Source: Blastocladiella emersonii ATCC 22665 (Eukaryota > Fungi > Blastocladiomycota). Taken from it: a DNA stretch of 64,000 nt. Of this stretch, positions 45,333 through 58,259 are shown piece by piece. The translations under genes were made by a program, and so were the position numbers. How positions within the stretch are numbered: position 1 is the stretch's first letter; every line of letters starts with the position of its first letter. The stretch is from contig JANHCV010000014.1 of assembly GCA_025594325.1 (NCBI GenBank), positions 124,001 to 188,000 of the forward strand. Direction: 5' to 3'. The notes below the pieces were generated by a model, which was not told where the DNA came from, did no database searches, and saw nothing but the letters and a program-made list of their open reading frames with translations.

Positions 45333-47067
45333 GGAGTGTCCTTGCCTTAGATACATGGTAGTCCAACTTGAGTGGTGCGCACCGGGAGAGAGCGAGCAGC
45401 GAGCTGGCGCGTTCGCGTCGCGTCCTCCAGCGGCGCACTTTGCTCAGGGTTGTGGCGCTAGTTGTGGCGTCGTGAACGACGCGCCGCGGTCCGTTCGGGC
45501 GCTCTGCCTCAACCTGCCGCAAACTCTCGATGAATCGGTCTATTGACACATCGCAACTTGCTGCAAAGTTACCTATCTTTGAGAGAGCCACGTTCAACCT
45601 CATCCCAATGTTGACCAGCACCGAGCTACCAGTGCGGACACTTGCACGCCGACGAGTGAGCGGGTCGCGCGCGCGCGCAACCCAAAGACATGCTTTTACA
45701 TGCTCGGTAGGCGCCATAGCACACACCGCCACTAACTGGGTAGATGACGTCGAGCACCTCATGTTGGCGTCTTCGTTGATCAGCAGCACGCCGACCCGAT
45801 ACCCAACCGGGCAACGGCCTGGTTGGCCGTGGTCGGCAGCGCGAGGTGCTCGGACGAGGACGCGGGCGACGCCTCGAGGTCGACCGAGATGTCGCCGCCG
45901 TTCGAGCCCTGGATCTCGTGCATGACCTTGGACAGGTCCTTCATGGCCGTGTCGTGGTCGCCCTTGGCGGCCGAGAAACGCGGCGTCTCGGGGACCTGCA
46001 GGCGCCAGTACACGGCGGCGATGGCGGGCAGGACACCGATGAAGAACAGGATGCGCCACACGTTGTCAAAGTTGGAGACGTAGATGGTCGTGCTGTCGAC
46101 GGGCTGGAGCGTCGGCTTGAGGATCAGCAGGAGGAGCGTCGAGAACAGGCAGCCCGTGAGGATGCCCATGCCCTGCATCGAGAAGACGGCGGCGACCATG
46201 AGGCCGCGGGTCGCAACGGACGCGAACTCGGACGCGATAACCGCAGAAATGGGGGACGCTCCATGACCCTGGTCTGCGAGAGCGTGGTGCCCGATGTTTT
46301 GATCTGGAGCATGCCGAGGGTCCAGCGGCGGGCGACGACGAGGTAGTCGGCAGCGGCGGACCCGTTTCGCTGCTGTGCTGAGAACGAGACGAGTGGGTAG
46401 GCTGGTCCTCGTGGTTGGGCCGAGGTGGCGGTGACGCCCTTGAGCGGGCGCCCCGTTACAGAGCGGCTGCATGACGAGGTTGTAGAAGGCGATGACCATG
46501 TCTGCGCGACGCGGTGAGGTGAGTCCGCTTCATCTGGTGGGAGTAAGCTGCGCGTAAATACCGGCGAGTACGGAGGAAGGTGGCTGGGTCTCGGCAGTTG
46601 CCGCGGGTCGGGTGGCGGAAGTTGATGCGGGTGCTCTCGATGTCGGCGCGCAGCTGCTTGTCGACGCTGGTGGTCGACGCGGCGGGAGCGGCTGGCGAGG
46701 CGGCGGCCGGCGCGGCCGGGGGCGCCCCGGCGGGCAGCATGTCGACGGCGAGGTTGATCATGTTGTTGTAGCGCGAGTGCGCGGCGATGAGCGCGTCCAG
46801 CGCCTTGGCGGCCTGGGCCTGCAGCTTGGGCGGGTGGGTGGCCGATGTGCCGTTGCCCTGGGACGGCGCGGGTTGCGCGGCGGCGTCGATGGCGGCCGAG
46901 CAGGCAGCGAACTGCTCAGCGAGTAGCTGGCGCAGCTCGGCGGCGCGTGCGCGTGCGGCGGGCACGGCCTGGGGGTCCTTGGCCGCGGTGCTGCATGTGC
47001 CGGGGAGCGCGGAGATGTCGCTGCAGAGCGCCGGCGAGATGGTGAAGGTGGTGGGGTTCGAGGCCAT
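45322..47067 (-). pseudogene. Disrupted gene with a possible PD-(D/E)xK nuclease-like segment, interrupted by a PHO84 fragment
   Basis: ATG at 47067 (MASNPTT.., Ala-rich). Then ADMVIAFYNLVMQPL, a frameshift, AADYLVVARRWTLGMLQIKTS, the insert, and CPVGYRVGVLLINED. The fold assignment is pattern-level only. Confidence 0.35.
45819..46254 (-). repeat. PHO84: Third, internal 436 bp copy of PHO84 exon 2
   Basis: Matches 53790-54225 (and the reverse complement of 38584-39019) except for one substitution at 46214 (ASVATRG vs ASVSTRG). Confidence 0.97.
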
Positions 47068-48247
47068 GCGGAAAACTACTTGAAGAAAATGTTGATGCCG
47101 ACAGAAGGAGGCGGGAGACAAGTAGTCAGGGATGTCTATTCCTGCCTTCGGCCCCGAACCCAAGACGGGGAGAGGGGAGAATGGATATTGTCCGTTGCAG
47201 CGAAAATGCGACACCCGCCGCTGACCCGCAGCCCAGTCCGCAGGCCACCTCCCCTTCACTCAACCCCTTCCCCTTCGCGCAGCCGCTCATGTAACCCCCT
47301 GCATTGAATTTATAAAATCTCAGAGAAGATGCCTCAATGATTAAATGAGTTGTTCGGCCCAGGCCGCGAGCTAAGGTCTCCCCTTGCTCAGCCCGCCAGC
47401 CCTCCCCCGCTTCCTGACCATGATTGTGAGTTTGTAAAAGCTACGCAGTCTTTCTCTCAGCTTGTAAATGTCGTTCGCGTGCCTCCTTGGCGGCGGAGGA
47501 ACGGTCGGCGGCCAGTCGCGCTAAACGCGTGCTTCTGACGGCGAGTGCGACTAGGAGCAGCTTTCGGAGGCGGGAGATGATTGCATGAAGTGTATTGGAC
47601 GTCAAATTATTTTTTTTTCTGCCCTAGGGAGACGTGAAAGGTCGTGGGAGGTGAGGACGACGACGGCGGGCAGCGGAGCGCTGCGAGGGGATCAGATAAG
47701 CCGGGCTGCGGACCGGGCTGCGGACTGCGGACTGGGGGCCGCAGTGTCGCACTTCGGCCGCAACCCGCAATAACAAAGCAGGGCGCGCCGCAGCGGGGTG
47801 CGGCGGCGCGGGAGCGAGGGATTGCGGGCGGCTCACGCGAGATCAGATGATTGATCACCGCGGTCGTGGCCACATGAACGACACGCAACACCAGGTACAA
47901 CTGCATCACCCAGACGTGGCGCTCATTGCCTCTAACCTCATGATCTGATCCCCCGTCGTCGTGTGGGCGGGTCGGGCTGGTGTTCAACGACCATCATCCA
48001 GACTGGCCATCGAGGCCAAGCTGTCGTCGCTTGCTGTATCTCGGTCTCCACCTCGGCAAGCTGTTGCGCAACTTCACCATGTCCATCATCGGGCAGCTCA
48101 AGCTCACCAAGGACGCACGCTGATCGGACTCGACGATCCTTTTGATTGCATCTCAGCTGACACGGTGAGTTTTCGCTGCGCGCGTCATCATCAAGTTCCC
48201 ATCGCGTGTCGTTCATGGCCGCCGTCCTGGCCAAGTCGCCCTTCGAG

Positions 48248-49996
48248 GTACCACTTCTCTCGTGCTGCTCAGTGCTGCCTTAATTGACCAAATCCCCACT
48301 CGCTGATCCGTGTAGCTAGCTTCTCCACGCGCGTCAGCTCAGCGCCATCACCCAACAAGCGGCGGCCGGCCGTGGTCGTGGGTTGTGGGTTGTGGTCGTG
48401 GCCATGGCTGGCGCGCATCTGCGTTGTGTTGCATCCGCGTCATGCTGCGGGCCCATGGCGGCCATTCGCTTGTTACGCATGATGGGAGCGTAACCCTCGG
48501 TACCCACTGCTTGGCAGGTGGTGGAAAAGGGTTATTCATGCTATGCTCGATGACCATAGTGGCTCTCGCATGTCCGGCGGGTGGTCGTGGCAGCTCTCAA
48601 ATTGGCGACCCAACCCTCGACAAGTGCAGGGCCGCCATCGTGATTGCGCATCAAGGTACTACGCCGTCCAAGCATCTCTTCATGGCCTGGAAACTCACGC
48701 TCCGCTGCCCGAACTAGTAGGTTCCGCAAGCCCTGGCGCGGCACGAGCTTGACTCGCTTTTGTCATCCACTTGACGCATCGTTTGCCGCGCGTTGCTGCC
48801 GGGCAACATCATCAGGTTCGAGTCGCGCCGGGCGCCGAGCGCAGCGCGCATGCACAGTCGTCTGGACCGCAGTAGCAGCGCCACGTCGACGCCAAGGGCG
48901 GCAAGTCGAGTCAACTCGACTCAAGTGGAGTCGTTCATCAAGGTACTCGTTCACTCATGCTCGAAACTCCTGCGATCGGACAACTCACGTTCGCTGATCC
49001 GTGTAGATGCTTGAGAACATGATCATCCGCGCCAGTCGGCAAGCTCAAGCTCGCTTGCTCAAGTCGTCATCATCGTGCAGCCGTGTCGTGGTGCCGGATC
49101 AGCAGCCACACTCGCTCAACCTGCTGCCTTGACACGCCGTCAAAGTACGCCCTGCCCTCCTGGCGGCACGTGATGGTGGAAGGTCGGCAAGCTATATCAT
49201 AGCGTCAAGGCGTCGAGCGACTGGCCGCGGTACGGCGGGTGGGTGACGACGTGGGTGGCGACGTCCTGCACCGCGAGACGGGGCGCGGCAGCGGCCGGCG
49301 AGCAAGCAATTCACGGTCGGTTGGCTTCTCGGCCACGGCCACGCGGCCATGGCAGCAAGGTACGCTTCTCCCAACTCGCTCTTGTCGTCGCGATTGGGCA
49401 AGGGCAACTTACACTCGCCGATCCGTGTAGATTCTCAAGAACGTCATCATCAACATCATCCGCGCCAGCCAGCTGCTGCTGCTGCTCGCCGCGTCGGGTC
49501 GAGTGGCGCTGCGGCCGTCCGCCTGACACGTTGTGGGACGATGCCCAGTACACACTGCTTCGAGCGAGAGGCCGAGCTCAGCAGGTGGTGGAACCCGCAC
49601 TACACTCTGTAGCGTTCCTCGCGCGTGTCAGGGCGGGTGGTCGTGGCGCGGTGCGGTGTGGTACGACGGATGACGCGGCGAACTGCGAACCGCGAGCCAC
49701 GAGCTGTCAAGGTACCGCTCGCTCGCAGTTGACCCGGTTACGACTACGGCGACAAGGGTACACTTCTCACAAATCGCTGCCGCCGTGATCGGGCACCAAC
49801 TCACACTCGCTGATCTGTGCCGTGTAGGTCCTCAAGATGAGATGATCAGCTTAAGCACCAGCTTATGTTTGTTGAGTGCTCAGATCCGGCTATGGCGTTG
49901 TGACACGCCGAGGTACCGCGCGTCTGTGACTGCTGACGATGACGACGTTGCGGTCCAACAACTCACTCACGCTTGTCCGTTACCCTGCTTGTGTAG
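48248..49996 (+). other. Decayed array of about six intron-like modules with related exon starts and no intact ORF
   Basis: Donor/acceptor pairs at 48248-48315, 48656-48720, 48943-49006, 49360-49430, 49758-49827 and 49913-49996. Donors are AG|GTAC-like; four end in variants of CACTCGCTGATCCGTGTAG. Confidence 0.55.
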
Positions 49997-52900
49997 AATC
50001 GTGTTTCGGCTCGCGGCGCGGTTCGAGTGCTTCTCCAAGTCCAGTACGTGCAGCTGCAGCAGGCCGAGATCGTGCGTCGGTCGCTCAGTTGCGAGGGCCG
50101 CGTCGTGTCGCGCCAAGCGCCAGCATTCATGATCCCAACGCGCGCTCTGCTCAAGGCTTGGCAGCGGCGGGTCTACCCTCTCATCGGCGACGGCAGCACC
50201 ATCAAAAAGGGTGCGTACGCTCATGGCTATGGCCCGGACACTCATGATCCACCGACGACTCACTCGCGCGCCAACTGTAGGCGGATCGGCAACACTCAAC
50301 AACTCGTGTCAGCATCAGCTTATGGTCAACAACATTCTCCTGATCGGTCATCGGCATCAAGGCCGTCGCAGCGTCCACTGTGGCCATGGCGTCGCTCATC
50401 CGCTCGTCGTTGTTGCAGGTACGCCCCAAGACGGCGCAGTAACGTGGTTGCCCGCCGTGGCCGCGACCGTCCCTCGCTTGCTCAAACGGCTGCGTGTAGT
50501 GTAGACGCCCTGGTGCAGAGCCGGCGTACCCGCCTGGCCCTAGCACCCCTCCCTCGGCACGCCCTTCTTTGCTGCGGGGAAACGAGCTCCTGCACCCTCG
50601 CTGTAAGCACCGCCCACACCTCCCCCACCATGCGCTTGTTCGCCGCGAACGCATGGCGCAGCGGGCCCGCTGTGTAGCGCGGTCAGGCAAAAGGGACCTC
50701 GGCCGTGCGGAGGAGCTAACGAAGGGCGGCGAACTGCGTGGCGGCGCAAGAGTACGTGGCTGTGCAACGGCCCATTGACAACCCTCTAGGCGTCCGGCGG
50801 TGGTGGGCGACCACCCCATCAACGTTTGCACAGCTTTCAGGAATGCGCCGCCCGCTCTGCACCGGCGGGGCACCCATGTGTTCAAGCCCAAGCGCGAGAC
50901 CTCGCAAACAGCAGCAGTGGCAGGTATAGCGCGGCACTGATGCCCACAACTCTTGACTGGTCCCCACCGCGTGCTCACCTCAAGAACCTCGCCTGCCGTG
51001 CATGTAGATCATCTCCTTTGATATCGCCATCCGCGCGTGCGTGCATGATCGTCGAGTCCAAGACCACGCGCGCACACAGCGACCTGTTCACCTGCTCGGG
51101 CCGCCGGCAGCTTCACGTTGCACAGCACCCAAGTCGGGCCAAGGTCATGGCCGTGCTTCTAGGCTCGATCAAGGTACCACGTCCTGACTTGTCTCTCGTC
51201 TCGGGTCAGAGGAGCTCACTCTCACTCTCACTCTCCGCGTAGCTCAATCCACCAAGGGTCCCGCGGCGCGCGTGTACCCAACAAAGTCGTGCTGTCGTAC
51301 TGCACCGTCAAGTCGCTCGGCGGCGGCCCTTTGCCTTCCGCTGCAACCACCAGTACACGCTCCGCTCGTCCGCCCGTCCGCACCGTGCCGCCGGCGCCGT
51401 GGTCATCAACCTGCCGCCTCGGTTGGCCACGCTCGACTCAAGCTGTCTGTCGTCGTTCGCGTCCTGGTCGGCCCACCATCCATCCTCCTCGGGTTGTCGA
51501 AGCTCAAGCAGACCAAGTACTAGCTGGTGCACGACAGGTACTGACGGTCGCGAATATGGGAAGCGTGTCTAACGACGAATACATTCACCCCCGGTTCATC
51601 CGTGACCCTTGTTACTTTGTTCTTCAACCACATTTTGAACGAGTGGTCAGTGGCGTACTCGAGGTTAGCGAGCGGTTGCGCGACGTCGCGGAGCGAGATC
51701 CAGCGCGGCTCGCCGCCGGGGGCCGCGGTCGCGGGCGGCGTCGAGCCGACGAGCGACTGCCACACAGGTCGAGGACGCGGCGCGCGGCGAGGTCGTCGGC
51801 GAGCCGCTCGAGCTCGCTCGTCACTGGACATCGAGAGGTCGCACACGAGTCGCGACTGCGCGGCCACCTCCTGCACGCCGCGGTCCAGCGTCAGCAGCAG
51901 ATTCAGCCGCGCGCGATCTCGACGGCCAAGTTGACGGCGGCGGACGTGGACCGCCGCGCGTCGAGGTACGACAGCAGGAACCGGTCGACACTCTGCTCTC
52001 GTCACGCGATGCGTGGAGCGATGTGACCGAAGCCGGGTCAAGCGACGAGAGCTGGCCGCCACAGAGCTAGCTTGCGAATGGCGAAATTGACTGGGTGACG
52101 CGTACGCGTGTGAGATTTCGCTCGGATAGAGGCGGGCGAAGGGAAGGGTACCAATCAATAGCTTCAAACGACTCGAGCGCCTTGACCTCGGCGAGGAACG
52201 CGGCAGTCTCCTTGGTATCGCGCCCGTACCGCAGACGATCCGGATCGGCCATGTGCAGCAGGTATTGCGGCTCGAAGTGGACCACGCACGCTGAGGCAGA
52301 TCACAGAAATCGGCTGCGTTTCCCGGCCGGCACGCCGCGTCTAGGTCTAGCGTGACCGCGCTTTTCGCGGCGATATCGGAAGGACTCGTCGCGTCCGCGC
52401 CGCCGCCGCCGCCAGCACTGGTTCCCGGGCGGTCGCGCAAAGTACCAAGCACGCGTCCTCGTCCGTTAAGTTGAGAGCGAAAACCGCTGGCGGGAGGGGA
52501 TCGTTGCGGTACGGCACGATCGGGACGCCAAAGCAGCAGGATTGGACCTTGGTCGCGCACACAAGTAACTCAACAAGTGTCGAACCCGTCGCGAAGAAAC
52601 GGCCGGCCGTTCAATCAAGCTTTCCTAGCTCCCGGATGCGTTTGCAACAAGTAGCAGAGTGCATTTTCCATTTGTTTCCGTGTGGTGATCGCAGGGCGGA
52701 TCGCGAGCACGGGATGCTCGCCGCTTGATCATTGCAGGGCTGAAGCGTCACGCGGCGCACACGTGTTTTCGCAACGCGTCTCACGCTTCGTCTCACGCCA
52801 CGTTGAACATGAAATGCATCGGTGCGTCGCAGCACTGGCGTCCAGGAAGCCGATGCGCGATGGAAAACGATGCACGATAGGAGAAAGCGAGCCTTTCAGC

Positions 52901-53036
52901 AAAGAACACAAGCAGAGAGCGACACACATTGGGATGATGGGATGGATGTATAGGAAGGTACTAATTTTACACGCCGGTAGCATTTCTTTCATCATTGGTG
53001 AAAAGGGTTGCTCCAAACCCCCGTTGCCAACGTCCA

Positions 53037-54757
53037 CTACTCCTTGTTCTTCTTCTCCGTGACCATGGGCGCGGGGTGCTGCGCGACGAGATCGGGGTGG
53101 TAGAAGGCGTCGCCGAGCTCCTCGAGCGACTTGCCCTTGGTCTCGGGCACCCAGAAGGTGACGAGGAACCCGCCGATCATGCACGCCGTGAAGATGGCGA
53201 GCACCGTGGTCATGTTCTCGCCGTTCTTGCCCTTGATCTGGTCGAAGCCGAAGGCGGCGAGGATAGCGCCGGCCTTGCCCGTGGCCGCCGAGATACCGTG
53301 GCACGTCGAGCGGTACTTGGTCGGGAAGATCTCGGCGGGCAGGATGAACGTGGTGGTGTTGGGGCCAAAGTTGAAGAAGAAGTTGGCGGCCGTGAAGGCA
53401 ATGACGAGCCAGATCGTGCCCTTCATCTGGTGGTAGAAGATGGTGAGCACGACGAAGATGGCCGTGAGGATGCCGAAGCCCATGAGCTGGATCTTGATGC
53501 GGCCCATCTTCTCGATGAGGGCGACGGTGAAGAAATAGCCGGGCACGGTGCCGCACAGCGACAGGATGAGGTTGCCGATCGACTGGTTGAGGAAGTACTC
53601 GTACGCCGTCGCGCCCTTGGCGTAGCCGATGAACTTGAGAATGTCCGACTGGTTGAGCTGCACGCCGTAGAAGCCGACGTCGAGCAGGAACCACGCCATG
53701 GCGCACGCAAACAGGACCTTGCCGTTCTTCCAGTTGCCGAAGAGCTGGCCAAACGTGATGTGCGTGTACTTCTCCTGGAGGTAGCCGGGCTGGTTGGCCG
53801 TGGTCGGCAGCGCGAGGTGCTCGGACGAGGACGCGGGCGACGCCTCGAGGTCGACCGAGATGTCGCCGCCGTTCGAGCCCTGGATCTCGTGCATGACCTT
53901 GGACAGGTCCTTCATGGCCGTGTCGTGGTCGCCCTTGGCGGCCGAGAAACGCGGCGTCTCGGGGACCTGCAGGCGCCAGTACACGGCGGCGATGGCGGGC
54001 AGGACACCGATGAAGAACAGGATGCGCCACACGTTGTCAAAGTTGGAGACGTAGATGGTCGTGCTGTCGACGGGCTGGAGCGTCGGCTTGAGGATCAGCA
54101 GGAGGAGCGTCGAGAACAGGCAGCCCGTGAGGATGCCCATGCCCTGCATCGAGAAGACGGCGGCGACCATGAGGCCGCGGGTCGAAACGGACGCGAACTC
54201 GGACGCGATAACCGCAGAAATGGGGTAGTCTTAATTCGGGCGTCTTTTTGTTAATACAAGTTGGAAAGGAGATGGGGGAGGCTCGCTTCCACACCACGGA
54301 AAAGGGGAAATGTTAGCGTACCACCGCCAATACCGACGCCGAGAACGAGACGCCAGAAGATGAGCATGCCGCCGATGCCGATGAAGCCCTTGGTGTCGGC
54401 GGCGAGCGAGGTGTTGAACGAGGCGATGATCATGATGGCGAGGACGAGACCGTAGGTGGCCTTGCGGCCGAGCTTGTCGCCGAGGTAGCCGAACACGAGC
54501 TGGCCGCACAGCGTGCCGACCTGGGTCGACGCCTTGAGGAGCGAGGTCACGATGGACGGCATGGCCGACGCCTTGGACGGCTCGGTCGCGCCGGGCACGA
54601 AGAACCACGAGAAGGCGATCATCGGGATGGCGAGGTTGATAATAAAGATATCTAGAGCGTCCGTATAAAAACCCACCCCGCTCACCAAAATGGTTTTCAG
54701 GTGGAAGCGGTTGAACTTCTGGCTGTCCATGGCCGAGAAGTCGGCGGCAGCGGACAT
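53037..54757 (-). CDS. PHO84: Pho84-family phosphate transporter, right-arm copy, complement(join(53037..54229,54322..54757))
   Basis: Translations identical to the left copy. Confidence 0.95.
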
Positions 54758-57700
54758 GGTGTTGATGCGTCGGTGGGGTTTCGGCGGGGAGGACGGCGGA
54801 GAGACGGTGGAGGATGACCGAAGCCTTTTGGGTATGCTGACGATGTTTAACGAGACTCTGGGTCGGCGGGGGGGAGCGCCGGCCTTTTGTACGCGGCCAG
54901 CGGCGAGGCCGAGGAGGGCCGGCCGCCGACCGCCGACCGCCGACCGCCGAGGTGACGTCGGCCGTGATTGCTGCCTCTCTGTGTGCGGGCAAGCCGCTCC
55001 TCCGCACTCGCTCTTGCACGCATGGGGCGAGATGGCGAGGGCCGCGACGAAAAAACGTTTCCTCGGCTTCGCGGGCCTCCGGGGGTCATGCGTGTGGCGG
55101 GGTCAAGAAAACGTTTTTGCTGCGGCAAACCTTGCGCCACAGGGCGCACTGCAACCGCTCCGATTGGCCCAGCGGACCGGACCGGCGGCGCCCCACCGGC
55201 CTTCTCGAACCTCGGGCGCTGCCACCGCGCACGTTTGTGGCGGCGCTCGCGGGGAGACAGTTGTGCGCGACGGGCGCGACGCGTCGCAACACGCTTTCCA
55301 ACGGCTCGCGACGCGCGGCCAGCCTCTCACCACGGCACTCGTGGGCACGCCTAGATTGCCCACGAGGGACCGAGGCAGCGTTCCGTCCGCCGGCTTGAAA
55401 ACGTTCGCCGGCCGGCGGCGGTCCCTGGCCAGGCTGCTGCGGCCGAGGCCGCTATGGACGGCGTCCCCCATGGCCACGGCCATCGTCCCTCATGGTCCCT
55501 GAGGTTGTTCGGCGTGCTCCCCGCCGAGAGGTCAGCGATGGAGGCTGAAACCTTCGTGCTCAGGGCGGCGCACTGACCGACAGACCACTCCATGCACTCT
55601 TCCATCGCTCACAGCTCACAGCCTCACGGCCGACGTCACTCTATTTTCTGTCCGGCCTCACCGCGGTTGGCGGCCTCCCTCGGGACGACTCGGATGCTCG
55701 CCGCCGCCGCCGACTGCAACTCGAGTGATGAGTGCCAAGAACCTCGTCCTGCAAGCTTGCAGCCGAGCAAGCAGCCGCGTCGGTCAGCCGGGGGTGTGAG
55801 GTGAGTGAGCTTCAGTGCGGCAGAGCAAAAAAACGTGCGCGGGAGCGCGGCCTGCCTGCATGACGGCTGGCTTCAAAACGTGATTTCGTCACCTCCCTCA
55901 TGGTCAGTCGCACAGCACGTTTTCTTCCCACCGCCGCACTCCCTAGCTCCTTAGCTCCACTCTGACTCATGCAGCTCCGTAACGCACTCCATGCATTCAA
56001 TTTCCATCGAGCACTGCTGCCGGCCTAGCTGGAGTGAGAGCTCGCGCAGCACTGCGAGCGCGGCGACCCGTTGGCGAGCGAGGGAGGCCGCCCGCGTCTC
56101 GGGCGTGCCGGACCGCCACCGTGATCGCGACTGATCAACCGTGATCCTGCTCTGATCTACTAGGCGAAAAAATCGGAAACAACGCGCTTCGTGGACAGCT
56201 CCGACAGGGCTATGATTCTTGTAAAGGCGACGAGGGCCGTGCGCGTGATGCCGCGGAGCTACACGACTGCGCGCGATCCGCGTGGCGTTTGCGCGGGACG
56301 GCGAGCGAACCGTGACCCGCGCTGCTCAACAATATTCGGGCACCATAATCGGGAGTGAGGGAATGGGAGTCGGGCACCGTGCTGGTTAGCTGCCGGACAC
56401 CATGCCCTCTTGCTCGCCAGCAGGAAAACAGAAACACAACGCGCCCTGAGCGCCCGCGTGCGGCCGCGCCAGACCTTGTGGAGCAGCGTACAACGGCAGA
56501 GTGAAGTGCGTCTGCCTGCGCGTTCAGAGGTCCGTCGGAAAAATGATGGAACGGGTTTGGGGTGCAATTGGACCGCGAAAGGGCGACTGGGTCGCGACCA
56601 GGCAAGAAGACGATAGCACCGCGATCCGGGCCTGACACGCGCGGCCGGCGCCTGGCGCTCCGCTGGGCTTGGAGTGACCGGCTCATGTTTGCCGATCGCA
56701 GCATGATCCGGCCGTGATTCGGGCCCAGCGCGTGCACGACGGCACCGCGAGTGAGCCGCGAAACCACCCTGACTGCCGGGCCTGCTTCGCGCCCGTCTCG
56801 CGCTGCTGCTGGCCTTGGATCGCGGCCCGAGTGGGCCCGAGGGGTCCGGGCGTGATCCTCGCGCGACGGCAGCCCACGCGAGCCGCGATATGGGCGCGAA
56901 TGACGGCCGAAGCGTTCTTGGCCCAATCTCACCCCCTATCTCGCTTAAAATGGCTCTCAATCCGCGAAAGTCGCGTGATTCATCATACAGTCCGTATATC
57001 GAGTAATCCACACGTGCGCACACACCGACCGCTCCTCTTGCTCGTCGCTGCAGCGGCGCCGCCGGGTGAGCACCTTGACGACCGTGTGGCCAGCTTGACG
57101 GACATGCGGTTCTCGGACAGCTGCGGTGCCGCCAACACGAACTTGAGCTTGCACGCGGGAACGCACCTTGTAGGTCGTCGCCATGCCGAGTTGATCGGGT
57201 TCCTGGCGGTTCACCTACTTGAGCGCGAAGAACAGCGGATCGCATGTCAGACTTGATCTCGAGAGGAGAGAGCGACGAAAACACACCGAGCGACTTGGGA
57301 ACGCCGTGCTGCGGTCGAGCACACGAGTTTTGAGGACAGCGAGTGAGCAAACTTGCCCGATGTGTACATGCGCGGGGAGAGCCGCGTACCAGTACGACCG
57401 AGGCAAGCTCAAGGAGAGCTGCATCGGGCATTCGAGTGCGCTGCTCGTAGCTAGCGTCGCGTACGGCGGCGTCAGGGTCGGCGGGGCGGGCCAAAGTGGC
57501 GGTGAAGGCGCGAGCGAGAGCATAAGAACAGGAGGGACCGGGTTGAGATAACGGCGCGAGAGGCAGGGCAAGGTTACGGTGTCGAGCGAGCGGGTTGAGG
57601 GGCTGGGCAAGGCGGACAGCGTGCGGCAGTCGGATGGAGTGGTTGCCCGCGGCCGCTGTGCAAAGGAAGCGGAGGGGTGGGCGCGGGGCCGCCGGCGCAA

Positions 57701-58259
57701 AGTAGGCGGGCGGCGCCGTGCGCAGCAAATGGTCGCCAACAAAGGGATTGGTTGTTGGGCACCAGTTTGGCCGTGATCCGGCCGCGATCCGGCCGCGAGC
57801 GCGAAGGAGCGACGCGAGCACATGTGGCGGTCAACATGAACGACGCGTCAACATCGCCGCCTCGCCGCCCGAGTCGGGCACCCCACGCTCCTCCCATGAA
57901 TTCTACGAAGCACATAACTTGCTGCAACATGCATACTGTCACTTCTGAGATGCATCGGTTTACACTTGACGCGCACAAGTTGGGGTCGACCGACTGCCGC
58001 TACGAACCAGCGCGCTCAATGAGAACGCCGTGTACTTGACACTCGCCGCGAGCGAGACTCGCTTCCTCGATCGAACTGTACGCTCTTCATGACCCACGCT
58101 CCCAACCTTGTCGTCGTTGGGCCCGTAATGCCGCTCAAAGCGGCGCCACGGCTTCCCAGCTCGGACGCCGCTGCCTTTGAGCCTGCGAGACTCATCGACC
58201 CCCCTGCATCGTTTCGGAACCGTCTAGGGCGTCATTGTTCGCCCCTTCGGCAGCGCTGG

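Noticed and set aside
41569-51240. Palindrome as a simple fold-back read artefact
   Set aside because: The 9.7 kb unique spacer, five clustered SNPs and distinct junction sequences are unlike a hairpin chimera. Kept as a caveat pending read mapping.
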